Shown here: one piece after another, positions 1-14,050 of the stretch
Layout: each line of letters begins with the position of its first letter
Position numbering within the stretch: the first letter of the stretch is position 1
NCBI RefSeq assembly: GCF_037042905.1
Contig: NC_087251.1
Coordinates: forward strand, 25,918,001 to 25,982,000
Origin: Lytechinus pictus
Taxonomy: Eukaryota
DNA length: 64,000 nt
Direction of reading: 5' to 3'
Notes under the pieces: model-generated
The model's input: only the letters and a program-made list of their open reading frames with translations
What the model was told of the DNA's origin: nothing
Database searches by the model: none
Translations under genes and position numbers: made by a program

Positions 1-316
1 TGCTGCATGAGGCATTGTATATTTATGAAAATTGATGGTAAGGTATTGAAGAATTCTAATGAAAAAATATATACTTTAAGTCTAGTAAAGTCAAGTTAGA
101 TAACAGTTGTCTTCTTTCTTTTCTTATAATTAATTGAGGTATAAACCTTGGATATTTCTGTTTATCGATCACATATTCCATATGTTATTTCTGGGCCTTA
201 TAAATTCATGATTTTGATTAATCATTTATCACATTTCTCTCTTATGTTTCATTTCTCATTCAGGAACAGCACAGCGAAAGACGGTTCAGCGATGCAGGTC
301 TGTTAGAAAGTGGTAG
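1..316 (+). CDS. Probable last two coding exons (1-37, 264-316) of an unidentified upstream gene
   Basis: Donor G|GTAAGG at 38 and polypyrimidine+CAG acceptor at 263. The spliced frame reads ...CCMRHCIFMKIDGTAQRKTVQRCRSVRKW* (TAG 314-316). Protein not recognised. Confidence 0.45.
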
Positions 317-366
317 AAGAGACAGTGAAGCTGAACTATTGGACATTTGAATGGATCTTCACCACA

Positions 367-790
367 GGGGGCGTTTCATAAAGCTGTTCCTAATACGTTA
401 AGCATGACTATGTTGACCTGTGTGCCATTGCATAACAATTACTATAATGGTAATTATGAGGGTGATGGTGCTCATTATATAGCCAATTAAAATTAAAGAT
501 GCCTTGGAAGTAACCATATTAGTAACTTGTATATAATGTGGCCCTCTTCTTATGATACATGAACTTCTTAAAATGTGTCCTGTCTAATGAAATGTGAGTG
601 ATTTTCCTAATCAAATATTGACTGATGATAAACTTTGCATTGAAACTGTGCTTGTTTACAAGAATTTGAAGAGATGAAGACCGAATTTCATGCTATTTCA
701 TGGGAATCAAATAAATTGAGAATCTGATTTGATAGCCCAAAATGTCACCAGTCATGGGTCTCTTATGAACAGCTTTATGAAATACCACCC
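367..790. mobile_element. Degenerate PIF/Harbinger-like MITE
   Basis: Inverted ends GGGGGCGTTTCATAAAGCTGTTC ... GAACAGCTTTATGAAATACCACCC. TSD unclear. Confidence 0.5.
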
Positions 791-1376
791 TTGAAAATAA
801 ATGTCTGTTTGGGATGATATGATTGCCAAATAACAATTCAGAAGGACATAATAGAATTCACATATTATAAATATCTTTGTTTATTTATTTATTTCCAACA
901 CTGCTTAACTGCAGCAGATTGATTCATTTCTATTTTTAAGGCAATTTCTAAAGTAAAACAAGTGTAATTGATTAATGAAAAAAAGCAAAGAAAATTCATT
1001 GATAGCGATGACCAACATGAAATGTATATATGCAACGTTTTATTCATATCAAAGGCTTTGGATTTTTGCATACCTTGGGTTATCATTTTGGCAAAGGATG
1101 CCCCCTGGCTACTGTCAGATGGAGTGCAATAAAGGCTTGTTTAAAAAGAAAAACACTTAAAAACAGACCCTCCAAAGTAGAAACTACTGGCAAAGAAACT
1201 TGGGATGGGATGTGATTGAAATACTTTCTACAATGTTAGGTATTCAAGGGGGGTGCTGTCTGAAGGGAGTGCCAATCTGCCCTTGCCCGTGTAATGTTTT
1301 TCCTAGATGTCTTGCTAATATGAATTGAAATAATCATTGACTTTTGTCCTGGAGCCATGTAAAAATCTTTAGTATA

Positions 1377-2340
1377 CAGTGCGTATCAAAAAAAAGTTTA
1401 CACTTAGAAAAAATCCTGTAAAATTATACATTTGTATTATCCTGAAGATTTTTCCACATTTTAACATTGGTACAGATCCATTTAAGCAAATAACGAAAAA
1501 TATTTCCACTTGAGTGAGCAACACTTACTTCTGATAAGTTAGTGAAAAATGATTTGCGCAGAACTTTGAAATAGTTATTCGAATAAAAGTAGACCTTAAT
1601 CATGAAGAACATGTGGGATTTAGCTAGTGCAATTGATTTGAAGATATCCTTTACCTTTTTTAACTTGTTTCCTTGCCCAAAACACTTCGCAGAGTGCATT
1701 GTGCCCCACCCTACTCCCCCACACACCGAGGCCATCGTGACGATATTTGCTTTACACTGAGCTGTGATTTACATGAAATGACTTAGGCTTGATTTTCATT
1801 TTGTTAATCATTGTCAAGCTTGGAAGAAGTGTGGAGAAACAAGTAATAAATGAAAAATGTAAACCCACTTTAAATGATAAAAACTTAGTGACAAAATGCA
1901 GGAGATGTCTGATATAAACTTTTGTTCAGATTCAGTTGTCCTCAGATCCAGCTGGCACAAAAAGGGTACGTGCTTACTATGTGTTGAAATTTCAATTCGG
2001 GTGGCAAAATTGTTTAAAAAGTGCTTGAATGTATCTTTTTATTTTAATTGACTAAAAGTGCAAGGGAAAAGTATGAGAAATGTTTTGCAGGGTAAGTTTG
2101 ATTTCGCCCTTTTCTCTTGACACAGCGTGAAAACAAGCATTTCTTCGCAAACAGATTTCTGCGAGCTTTACAAACATGGACACTGCTCACTCAAGTGTAA
2201 CATTCTGTCAAAACTTCTTCTTTCATTGGATAGATGAGACCCAAACCCAAGATTATATGTGAAAAAATTACCCACATGTTGTATATTTTGTAATTCCCAG
2301 GGCTTTTTTCAAAGTGTAAACTTTTTTTTGATACGCACTG
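1377..2340. mobile_element. Non-autonomous Tc1/mariner-type element (964 bp)
   Basis: TIRs CAGTGCGTATCAAAAAAAAGTTTACACTT / AAGTGTAAACTTTTTTTTGATACGCACTG, flanked by TA on both sides. No transposase ORF. Confidence 0.9.
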
Positions 2341-4345
2341 TATATCAGTACTAACTAAGTTCTGACTGAATTGACTTATGAAAAATTTGATGAAAGAAAT
2401 ACCATCTCTTGTATGAATATTTCAACCAATAAAAATTAAGTTGAAACACACTTTGTATATTCTATACTTTAAAAATATTCAAAGTTATTTTCTTGCCCTT
2501 ATTTAATAGAATTTCTCAAGCCACTTTATTAGATTATATTATTTTCAACATCCCAGAAGGGATAAATCTGAGAACTGTTTTATCAATTCTTAGTTTTTAT
2601 TTCTGGATGATTTTATATTGAGAACATCTCTAAGAATATATTTAGCCGGTCTAAATTATAATTAATATTTTGTGATATGCACCTCAGAGAATGATGGTGA
2701 TGTCAATGTATTAAAAAACTTGTTTAGAGTTTGTTTGTTTTTATTATTGTTTACATGACAAATTATGTCTTCAAATCGAAATATACTTGCATTAGACTGC
2801 ACTGGCCTTGCCTTTGCCTATGGCTGTTTTTAACTATTTAATGTTTAACATTTAAAAATTTTGATATTGATTTTTTCCTTCTACCATGCAGCTATTCAAT
2901 AGCATAGACTATATTCCTTATTTATTATTAAAGGCAGATAATGAGAGAAAAAAGAGAAATGTTATAGAGAAAAGGTTACTAAGCTAATATTAATATATAG
3001 TACATGGCTGATTGGAAATCTTCCATGAAACAAGATACTTTGATCATCTATATTGCTTTTAAAATATAACTTTAGCGTAACTTCTTCTCACTGCTCACAG
3101 CTGTCGATTCAGTCCTTACAAATTAATGTATTCCTGCAGATAAAATTGATAAAAAAATATGTAATGAGAAAGAAGATAATAGTAGTTTGCAAAGAGTTTC
3201 AATGATTTTTGTTTGGTACATTTCATTATGCATGAACGTTGAATATTTGTTTTAGTAATTCATCCCTCAATCCTTAAAGAAACATACATTGTTTATCGAT
3301 TAAAAAAATAGTCACCTTGTTCTGGCCGCAATCTATTAAGACCAAATTATTTAAACCTATAACCTTTTTCTTAAGCCCCAATTCGTATTTACTTTTCAAA
3401 AATATATTTCGATATTCTTTCAATATCACTAAACCCACTATCTGAACAAAACATAATATGTTTCTACTTTTTTTTCTTTGGGGGGGGGGGGTGCGTTATT
3501 AAAATAGAATTTTTTTTTTCTGTTTTAGAGTACTTTTGATTTGAAAGATTATTGAGAGTTTGACTTAAAAAGTTACTAATAAAAAGAACTTGCCTTGATT
3601 ATGATATGAATTGGCTTACTTTGATTTTACATTGTTTATTTATATCCTTTGTGACAAAACAATCCTTGTTTATAATTTATTATTTCTCAAATTTGATAGT
3701 ATTATTGAATGTTGAATTATTTCATTTTGAAAAGATGTAATGAAAGTCTACGATACTGTTCATGCTACTCATGCTTGAAAATCATGTTATTTAGATATTA
3801 CATGTTTCATGATATGAAGTTAATGCAATATTGAATGCTAATAGAAGATATTTTTAGATACTGTATGTTCAAATGCAAACTTTGTAATATACACTCCACT
3901 CTGTAAATTGTTCTGCTTTGATTGTAAATTCATCCCAAGCCATAAACTTAATAGATTATGGTCTATTAATGATTATATTGTTTTTTGTCAATTATTCTTT
4001 AACAAGTATTTGATAGCAATAATAATGTGGATGATAATTATGATGGCACTGGTGTACAAATACAGGGGAGGGGCTTGGGGGGCCCCTTAACCTTCCAAAA
4101 TGTTCTCGACTAAGAAGAAAAGGATAAAAAAGAAAGAAAAAGTTTAAAATATTTGACCAATTTCAGAATATTACCTCCAATTCTATTTAAGAAAAAAAAA
4201 TTGTTGTAAGAAGGGTCAATTTTTTTGCTCGCTCACAGCTTTTTATAAATTTCACCCCCCCCCCTCAAAATCTTTGCTTCATTAACATGACGCTACTGGA
4301 GGATGGTGATATGAGTGATGTGTGTTAGGCTATGTGAATGTTTTG

Positions 4346-4500
4346 TGATGATGATGATGATGAAGATGGTGATGATGATGATGATAATGATGGGATGATG
4401 ATGATGACTATGATGATGATGACCATGATGATGATGACCATGATGATCGATGACCATGATGATGATGATGATGATGGAGATAATAATGATCATGATAATA
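4346..4500. repeat. Imperfect (GAT)n microsatellite
   Basis: Direct reading. Explains the poly-D/M/H/I ORFs in the track. Confidence 0.95.
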
Positions 4501-4821
4501 TAAAGTCAGATTTTTATTAGGTAATAAATTTTGGTATCCATTCAGGGGCTGCGGAGCGATTTTCAAAGTGGGGGGGGGGGGCTGACCATGCAAAAATTCA
4601 CAATCCGATTGTCATTTTTATGTTTATGTACACGGTTTTGGAAAAAAGTGGGAGCCTGAAGCCCCCCCCCCCCCCCCCCGCTTCCACGGACTCTGCATTT
4701 CACAAGGAACTCTCACTGTATTAGTTTTAAAACAGAAAAATTAAGAAAAATAAAATCCACAGATTCGCTTTTCTCCATCGTAGCTGGCGCAACAACTTTG
4801 TTCGTAAAATATCACATCAAA

Positions 4822-7131
4822 ATGGCAGCGCCCTGTGAGGAAAACGTGAGCGTGGACGTGGTGACGGGAGATGAATTCAGGCAAATGGACCCCATTCGTT
4901 TCAAGAATATGGTTTATAAACGTGTAAAAATTTGTGCGGCCAATGAGTATGAGCATGAGGGATGGATTTACACGATAGATCCAGTTTCACTTAGGTAAGT
5001 CGAATTGCCATTTTTATAACAGTCCCATATATCGAAAAAAGAGTTGGAATTTACAATTTCATTTCAGCTTTTTATTGTAACTTTTAGTAAATGTAGAAGT
5101 GCAATAATCTCATGAATAATTCAATTTTGTATCAGCATTGTCCGATCTTGACAAAAGACTTTACTGGCACTGGTGGTGATCTCATTCTCAAATATGTGGG
5201 CAAGTTCGTTTTAATCATTTGGTAATTAATTGTCCGTCGGCCATCCGCCCACAAAAAAAAAATCGATCTGGCGTCAACGTCAGACTTAAAGATTCAGTCA
5301 GATTAGACATAGTCAAGGCAAGTTTGTACAGGCTTAGAGCTCTGACTTGATTCTGACCACAAGTAATTGCCAGCAAATTGTGTGTTAGATAGCTGGCAGC
5401 CGATTGTTTCGAGGAGTTTTTTAACATTTTAAATATTTTTTAATTTCTCCTCGTTCAAAGATGGCTCGCGATTGTGCAGCCGCCATTAGGGGGTTAACAA
5501 TGCAAAATCCCCCCAATGGGGTTCATCAATTTTTGTCTTTATTTCATAAAAGTATGTAAAAAGAACTGGACCTAAAGATTCTTATTCCGTTTTGGCCTGA
5601 AATGCACCAAAACAGGAAAAAATAAACTTAAAAGAAAAAACAGTGACTCAATTCGGTTGTCGTGCAACTACCACTTCCCTGGTTTATCCGAACTTAATAC
5701 ATAAACATATGGCCATTGAGTCCCTGTACTTATCGAGTTAGAACTTCAGTCTCTGTAATTGTGGAGTGGAGCCAACGGAGTTCAGCGGAACAATCAATAT
5801 AACAGAGACTGAAGCTTTTGGTCTAATTGTGTGTGTGTATTTCACATTTATCATAGTCAATCAGATACGATTTTTTACGTCCGGGTCTGACCTTTCTTCT
5901 CACCATCCGCAAGATGTGACCAGGCCCAGCCCAAATCTCAAACTTTTATCATCTTCAATGCCGCGTGGATTACAGGCGTGAGCCACACTGCTCAAAGGCT
6001 TCATAGTTCTGCTCTATAAAAGTCTATACCTCCGCACGTTGCTCTGTAATCTTTCAATATCCTTGCCTATTTGAGGATTACTGGGCATGTTAGCTAATGT
6101 TGCCGATAAGCTTATATAACAAAATATAAATACCAACTTATTTCACCTGAATTTTCAGTTATTATCATGGCATGAATCATAATTACATAGTATTAGCGCA
6201 TGAGCAATATCACCAGCTACCGCCTATTGTAACCTGCTAGAGCAAATGTGATGTGAGAGGTTAGTATTACTAATCAGTAATGTGAGATAATGTATCTAGG
6301 ATTGATAATTTATGTCTTGTTTCATATGATATATTTACTTTTTATTTAGTAAGTCAAAGTATACTAACCATGCATTAGTGTGAGTTAGTCAAAGCTGGAT
6401 TTTTCTGCACAATTACTCCATACTAGTCCATACTTCTGTTATAATGTTGTTGTCAATGGAGTAAAGGGGAATCCAATCTTGGTATTTAAATAGATTTATG
6501 GTAGAGGAAAATGGGACAGATTGGTGAAAGTTTAGAAGAAATAGGACAAGGAATAAGAAAGTAATGAATCAAAGTAAGTTATTAAGTAAACTCAAGTAAT
6601 GTGACAAGTGGCAAGGACAGCTCCTCCAAAACACCCCACCTGGATCTTCCACTGAATTAAGATGCACCATGTATATGCAGTCTATCTTATGTTTGTACTT
6701 TGAAGAATTTTTTTCTATTCCTTTGTGGATTTGTTTTCCATCACAGCATCATCTTGGCCCAATGTGAAAACTGCTCGCCTGATGGAAAGCTCCCTCTATC
6801 TGTCGTCATGGGACACAGCATCACAGACATCACTGTTCTGGACAATGACACAACCAAGCACAAAGCTTTACTTGATAAACTCTTCAAAGACAACACCCAG
6901 ACACAGTCCCTGTCCGCGGGTGAACTTGCAAACCAGAAGGAAAAACTAAAGGAGTGGTTGAAACTTAATAGAGTACCAGTGAAAGAATGCGGAGAGGACA
7001 ATAACTCCTTGAATATTTCAGATGTGCTGGTGATTGAGCCTCCGTATGAACCTGACAACTGCCTGTGCAAGAATGAGATCATTTTGGCTCGTGTGCAGGC
7101 TCTCATTAGGAACATGGGTGATGCATCATGA
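4822..7131 (+). CDS. GEMIN6: Gem-associated protein 6 (SMN complex, Sm-like fold plus C-terminal domain); exons 4822-4994 and 6747-7131
   Basis: ATG 4822 in context CAAAATGGC, donor AG|GTAAGT at 4995, acceptor CACAG at 6746, phases match. Motifs GWIYTIDPVS, VVMGHSI, LKEWLKLNRVP and IEPPYEPDNC..NEIILARVQ resemble human Gemin6 (GWVLTTDPVS, IMGHAV, LKKWLEKNHIP, IDPPYGPENC..NEIILSRVQ), recalled from memory. Confidence 0.93.
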
Positions 7132-7783
7132 CATTGGATAATTGGATTTCTCGTGTTCCTCGGGTCTTGAATTTTGTTTGCTGGACTTGAAATTGTATTG
7201 TTCTTTTACATGAATGTGACACCTTGGTCAGGACATTTCCTGAAATAAATTTAGCAATGTTTGTAGAACTGTATTTGAAGGACTGGCACATGGAAGTTAT
7301 TATATTAGTGTGTCACCTGTAAAAGATATTGACTGTAATTGAACTTCATGTACCAGAAGTTTTATAATTGCAGAACTGGGTTCAAGAGACTGGCAAGTCT
7401 GCAGCAGGACATTGACTATAAGAACTAGCCACCCATACAAACCACCAGAAGTCTGTGTTTATCGGCAAGATGATGGGTAAATTGAGAGATATACTCCCTT
7501 TTCTTTCTATAATTTGATCGTTTCTTATGTGTTTTCGCTGTTGAATATCATAAAGACAATAATAATCTTTTCATTTCAGTGAATGAGACAAACTATCACT
7601 TGTATGCGATATGATTGTTTACACAATCTTTTCTCGGCTTCACTCTGGAAAGCTAGGGATATCCAAATTTCCACAGAATTGATAGTTTGTCCCATCACTC
7701 TCACTGAAAGTAATTATTTGTTTTATTATTTTTCTCAAATGCTGTTCTTGTATTTCCAAAGTTTCCAGATTTTGTGAAGCATC

Positions 7784-8042
7784 TTGATAAAGAAAATTTG
7801 AGGGAAAAAATGTACTGGAAACGTGACCAAAAAAACCCAGAAGTCTCCACTTTATAGAACTGTAGACAGGTATTGATAAAAAAAACTTGAGGAAAAAATG
7901 TACTTGTAACTTGACAAAAAACCAGAAGTCTCCATTATATAAAACTGTAGACGGGTATTGATAAAAAAAAACTTGAGGAAAAATGTACTTCTAACTTGAC
8001 AAAAAACTAGAAGTTTCCATTATATAAAACTGTAGACGAGTA
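7784..8042. repeat. Tandem repeat, 3 copies of about 85 bp, downstream of Gemin6
   Basis: Recurring TTGATAAAAAAAACTTGAGG...ATGTACT...AGAAGTCTCCA...AACTGTAGAC. Confidence 0.85.
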
Positions 8043-8679
8043 TTTGGAAACTGATGCTACCATTTCTGAGTTGTCAGTGGATAACTTTGTTATCTACATG
8101 TATTAGAATGAAAATATTTTTGTTTTCATGACCTATTTAAAATTTCATTGGCTTGAAGAGTTTCTGTAATTTGATATTTCATTTTAAAAAGGGACAAAAT
8201 GAAACATTACAAACAATATATACTTACAGGAAAATGGAAGTATACACTTCTGTACACTTTATCAGAAACAGAATCATGTTTTGATCATTTTAGGGAAAAT
8301 TTGACAGAAAATGAAAATATAATGAAGAATCAAACATCTGAAATTGTTACCATACCATGATAGTTATGGCTAAATTAAATGCTATACAACTTCTAGCCCT
8401 TCTTTTGGATGCGATTTTTAAAAGCTAAGATTTCATCTTGTAAATAAAGAAAATATATATTTTTCATCAATGTGAAGGAATATAAACAATTTTTAACATC
8501 TTAAAAATAGAGAAACAATATTTTTTTTTAATTTAAGAAGAGTGTAGGATTTAGGAATTGTTTGTAGAAATAAAGTAGAACCTTGACATTACAGTTAAAC
8601 ATTACAGTATATTGACAATATTGTCAGCAAGTATCAATTTCAAATCTCCATTCATGAAGCAATTTATTCTTTTGTTTAA

Positions 8680-9225
8680 AGAGGAAGTCCACCCCAACAA
8701 AAAGTCTGTCGAGATAAGAAGAAAATTTATGTCAAATATGCATGAAAGCTTTATAAAACTCGGATATTGAGTTAGAAAGTAGTGACATTTGACAATTATG
8801 CATATTTTTCACAAAAAATGTATGCACAACAAAGTAATATATACTTTGAGAAATATGATGACACACTCTGTATTTCTTTTGTATTTTATTAAGTGAATAT
8901 TTGACATTTTGCAGATTTGACAATGAGGAATATTTTCATAGAATCACGATAAGTTAAAAGAGTGGAAATGCCACATGCTTACAAAGCAAATTTGTTGCAC
9001 ATTATTATGAGGAGAAATAAAAATACTCCATGTTTCATAATAATAAACAAAAAGAAAATGGTGGGTGGGTGATGTCATCTGTTTCCTCATTTCCATACCA
9101 ACCATGATGTACATGTATAACTGTTTTCATAAAATCAAGCAAAATATAAAAATGGTTTTACTCTAATTTACATAAAAAATTGATTCATTTATTCATATCA
9201 TGTTTCTGTTTGATGGACTTACCCA
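8680..9225. mobile_element. Degenerate copy of the TTAA-flanked Kolobok-like MITE family seen at 50313
   Basis: Left end TTAA|AGAGGAAGTCCACCCCAACAAAAAG, decayed right end ...TGGACTTACCCA|TTAA, internal similarity to 50313-50903. Confidence 0.6.
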
Positions 9226-12200
9226 TTAAGAAAGCTCAATATTGTCACTACATTACTCTCTATTTTATCTTTTCTCTCCCACCCCACCCCCATTTAACTT
9301 TCTCCCATTCTTCCCCTCTCTGTGTTTCCCTATTATTTTTTTCTCTTGATTTCCTCTTGTTAATAAAATGTTTTAATTCTATAGTTGTACACAGCAACTG
9401 CAAAGAGCCATTGTCAATCACATGGAATTACAAAATGACCAAATCTCAAGATAGTTGCACAAGTTCTTACCCCCACATGTTTACAATGAAACCCATTTTG
9501 CTATGTTTTTTTCTCATTTGTACTTGTATATTTGAATACCCGATTATCCAAAGTGTAACCAGTAGAATTTAATCTATATCTAGAATGGATTAGATTCCTT
9601 CTCTTTATTGATATTGCTGTCTCAATAAACAGTATTCCATGAATAGCATAAAAACTTTGGATAGTTATCTATTGATTCGAAGTACTGTATATTGATAATC
9701 CATTTGATCATTCTAAATGTTTTTTTCTGGAGTGTGAGGATTCAGAATATCAAGAGGGAATGTGAGACATTTATTTTTATTTGATTAGAGAGAAAAGAAG
9801 TAGGTGAGTGTGGAGAACCTTTTACGTATGATAATATCTGTTCATATCATCTGCTTTGTTATTTTTTGGTATGTCATGCCTTTATCAATGCCTCCTCTGT
9901 ATATATGGAGGCAGTGTTGGGATGTGATGGAGGCCAATGAAATGTAACATCTATGTGGTGAAGGCATTAGTTAAGTGGTGATTAGGGTAATAAAGGGACA
10001 ATTTTATTAGATCATAAGAAATGCGTGTGTGTCATATAATTGTGGCAGCAGTGGGATGTGTTGTGGAGGGTGGCTTGGCAAAGATGGTGAGAGAAGATTA
10101 TGAAGAGTCAACCTGACTAAAAAAAAGTCCACAATAAAGGTAGGTGGCAGTGGTAGGATCAAGTTGTGGTGGAAGTCTGTATGTTTTGAGGGGGCCTTTG
10201 AATAGATGTGTGATGTAGAAGTTTAATGATATGGAGGCATGATTGTGAGGTTATGAGTTTGAATCTCAGCTCGGCCATTGTCTCTAATTATAACCATAAA
10301 GGTCGGAGAATTTGTTTTCTGTCGTCTATAAGGTCAGCCGCTATGACTGATCAACTTACAGGTAAAATGTTTCCTATGTAATTGGTTATATACCAGCTTA
10401 GCATTGATGCGGTGGAACGCAGCTCTGCCGAGTGCCCTTGGGAAATACTTCAACAGGATCAGAAACAGACAAGGATCATATAATATTTTTGTAGACTAGT
10501 TTATTAAAGTGGTAAATGCTTGCTCAGACTGAAAAATTACAAAAGCCTCCTCCACTTGGATGGCAGAGGCGATATATGTATTGGTAGAGTTGTAGAGGTA
10601 TGGGTGATTAAGTCAACCTCACATAATTTTCAATGAAGGCTCCATTATAATGGTGGCAGCGGTGGGATATAATTCGTTTTTGTCAGAGACACAATGACGT
10701 AGACATTGATAAGGTGTTAAAGGCAAGATAATGATCACAATCGGTTGGAATCTAGCAGTGTTTTAATGGTACTTATAACCACTGCTCATAGACCGAAGGA
10801 CTAAAGTCCAGTGATACAGATTTTACCTTTGTTTTGTATTCGTCATTTCTATCTGAGACTATGATGGGGTAAGAGTATTTGACCACAGCCAAGGCCAGAA
10901 GAGCAAGGCATAACAAAACAATGCAAACCATGATACTACATGGCATTGAGATACATCAGGACTCCTCATGGAATCTTTGATATCTTTTAGGTATGTTTTA
11001 TTTACATGTAGGGGGGGGGGGCTACTTTAGATAAAATACGGTCAATATCCGTAAACAATAATTTTCTGTGCCTCTGTTTTTACTTGGTTCATCTCGTAAG
11101 CTGTGGGGGTTTTGTAGATACTTTCAGATACTCTCTTTAGCTGATGGTTCTTGTAAATGTCTTTGTGAACATTGATGTGTATCCAAAAAGATCTTTCAAC
11201 AATCTTATTAGAAATGTCTGAAGAATTGACTTCGGGTTTGTCCCTTGGTGATTATAGCTTGATTCATGTTAACTCTAGCAAACGCCCTAACCTCTTGCCC
11301 GATCCACTGCACATTCCATCATCCTCAACCTAATCCTTCTATTTCCATGTTGCAGAATTATTTTCTTTGATTAGTCGTCAGTCGATTGCAGTTTGCAAAA
11401 TGAAACAGTTCATGTCAATAGTACTTTGGCATATCCTTTCCAATGATAATTCCTCTGACAAAATATTCTCTGCCATAAATTTGTCCCTGTCAACAATTAA
11501 GACTTAATACATACCATGTGTCCTTACCGCACCGTTTTGTTAGTTTGAGAATAAATTTTTTTTAAAGCCAAACCGTAAAAGTAATTATGTTGGATGGTTC
11601 TCTTGTTTTTCACTGAAGTCTTAATCAGCTAATCTTATTCAAACTAAAAAAAGTGATTAGATACGTAATAACTTGACTTCAGCATCCAGCTGACTCGTTT
11701 TATTTCACATTGTATGCACACTTTGAAGTTGTATTTATGCCCGTTATTCCCATGAATGTGAGAAAACACGACACAATCAAAACATAAACAGTAATAATAT
11801 TGTGACTACTGGAACCATTTGGGGGTTCATTAGACAAAGATACTTTTTGTTTGCCTGCAATTAATCGATACGTAAGAAAATACCTATTTTTTGTGATTGT
11901 CTATCCTCCTCTTAGAGTAACTCATTGCAAGTTTATTTGCATGAAGTAGAAACGGGCCCCTATTCTGATCGACGATTGTCTTCTACTCTGGCGCGTTTAA
12001 ATAAATCAATTACGTTTGCCATGTGTGATATGCTATATACATCAGTGTCTAATTTACAAATTTATTATCCTGTGAAAAGATGCAGATCCCTGCTCTTTTA
12101 TATATGTATTGGAATATGTAGCACAATTGCATTTCTGAGGTAGGCCCTACATTAATATTCCCTTGTGTGAAGAACGGGCCTAACATTTGGACAGTTATAT

Positions 12201-12456
12201 CCTGAATAGAATCATAATAAAAACCTGATTTATTTGCATAATAGAAGTACATAAAGCACAAAAGAAAGACAAGGAGATGAGACCGGGAGAATGGCATAAT
12301 GATTGAGAGATATGGGTCCAAATGATCCGAAAAGGAGCCGCATATGATGATAGACTTGTAAGGCAGATTGTATATAGACTATGAAAGTTGCTCATCTTTA
12401 ACATGTTGAGTCCATTCTAAAAAAAAAGGAATGAAAAACATTAATGAACAATCTAG

Positions 12457-14050
12457 TCATTCTTGATTTTTCCTTTTACAGTAATATGGAGGCAAGCACA
12501 ATCTAAGCAGTTTGTAAACGAGATACATTATTGTCAAAATTAAAGAAGTTATCACCAAAATCACATCTAATAAATAATACTGAATAAACGATAAGTCGTG
12601 GGCAGGGGATCGCATGTAGCTTAGCACCATGTTTGATGACGTGCTCAATCCAAAAAGCTGCTCGATCAGGGGCTGTCATTGGCCGGTCTTTGAAAATAGC
12701 CGAGGCACGCTTCACGTTCTTACTGTACTCTGGATTCTGCAGAGCTTCTGTCAGGGTTTGGTAGATGTAGTTAGCGCTCAACTGCATCTTGTCAAGGGTG
12801 GTACCTAGTCTCATTGTCTTGACCTTTATGGAGATGTCGATCTGGTCACCAACTAGGGGCATGATGACGAGAGGAACACCATGATAGACTGCTTCGAGGA
12901 AGCCATTGTTGCCACCGTGATAGACCAAGAGACGAGTCTTAGGGTGACCAAGAATATCCTGGAGGGGAAGCCATGGCAGCACTTTGATGTTTTCAGGTTT
13001 TTCCTCTAGGGAATCTGCTTCTAGATGAACCAACACCTTGTGAGGCAAACGACCAAATGCCTCCAGGAAAACTTGAGTGAGCTCAGGTTTAGACTTAGTT
13101 AGCTGTGTGAAACTTGAACCAAGAGAGAAGACAACGACTCCTCGCTCTCCAGAACTTTGCATTAAGTTTTCCAATTCATCATTCAAAGGTCTAGCTGCTC
13201 TTGTCGTTAACCCACCGACAGGGATGATGTTTGGCGTTAAGGAATACGGGAACTCAACTGCGAATTCGGTGTTGATGAGATAAAGATTGACTTCATCCTT
13301 AATAGAGCTTTTTATACTCTGATCCAGGCTGTATGTGTCTGCTATTTCGTAATAGGGCCTCTCAACCAAGATATGACTAAATAAGTTACCTACCAGGTAG
13401 GCCATAGTATTGATGACGCGTTCCAAGAACGTCATGTTACAGGACAGTCTTGTGTTAGACATAGGTTGATATGAAAGGTGAACTGGTGATCCAGCAAGCT
13501 GCTGTACGTATACGTTCGTCGCAGTCGGTGAAACAAGGACTCCGTGAACTTGTTTGTTCATTTATTTCGAGAGGAACGACTTAACATAGATCCCGCATGG
13601 CCAAAACACATCACCAACAACGACGTCCATCTTTTCCAATCGTTTCATGAGCTTCTTGTCGCTAAATATTGCCTCGCAAATCTGACGATTTAGATTCGCA
13701 AACAACGATACCAAAACAATCATTTGACTAAGGTGGCCATCGGCGAAAACCAAATCATTTACTTGTTTGTTCAAGTGAACTAATTCTCGATCCAGATTTT
13801 GATAAATGTAGCGTTCAAACTTGAAATATTCCGTGTATTCCGTCTGATCGTAGTTATCACTCATAATATCATTGATTAGAAACGTCACCTCATGACCACG
13901 ACCAACAAGGCTTCTTCCTATAGGAATCAGGGCCGTCATGTGACTAGGCGCTCCATAAAACCCGATGAACAAAACTTTGGCACTATCGCAGAATGTGAAA
14001 CTTCCAACCAATAGACATACAAGAAACACGAAGTAGTCTTTCAGAGCCAT
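12457..14050 (-). pseudogene. Intronless UDP-glucuronosyltransferase (GT1/UGT family), disrupted by an in-frame TAA (13564-13562) and a +1 frameshift (about 12621)
   Basis: Signal peptide MALKDYFVFLVCLL, catalytic-His region GAPSHM, UGT signature WLPLQDILGHPKTRLLVYHGGNNGFLEAVYHGVPLVIMPLVGDQ, then RAAFWIEHVIKHG. The C-terminal IQYYLLDV, TM helix and basic tail are in a shifted frame. Confidence 0.85.

Noticed and set aside
10230..10480. Possible decayed SINE
   Set aside because: Only a weak B-box-like GAGTTTGAATCTC. Boundaries cannot be supported.
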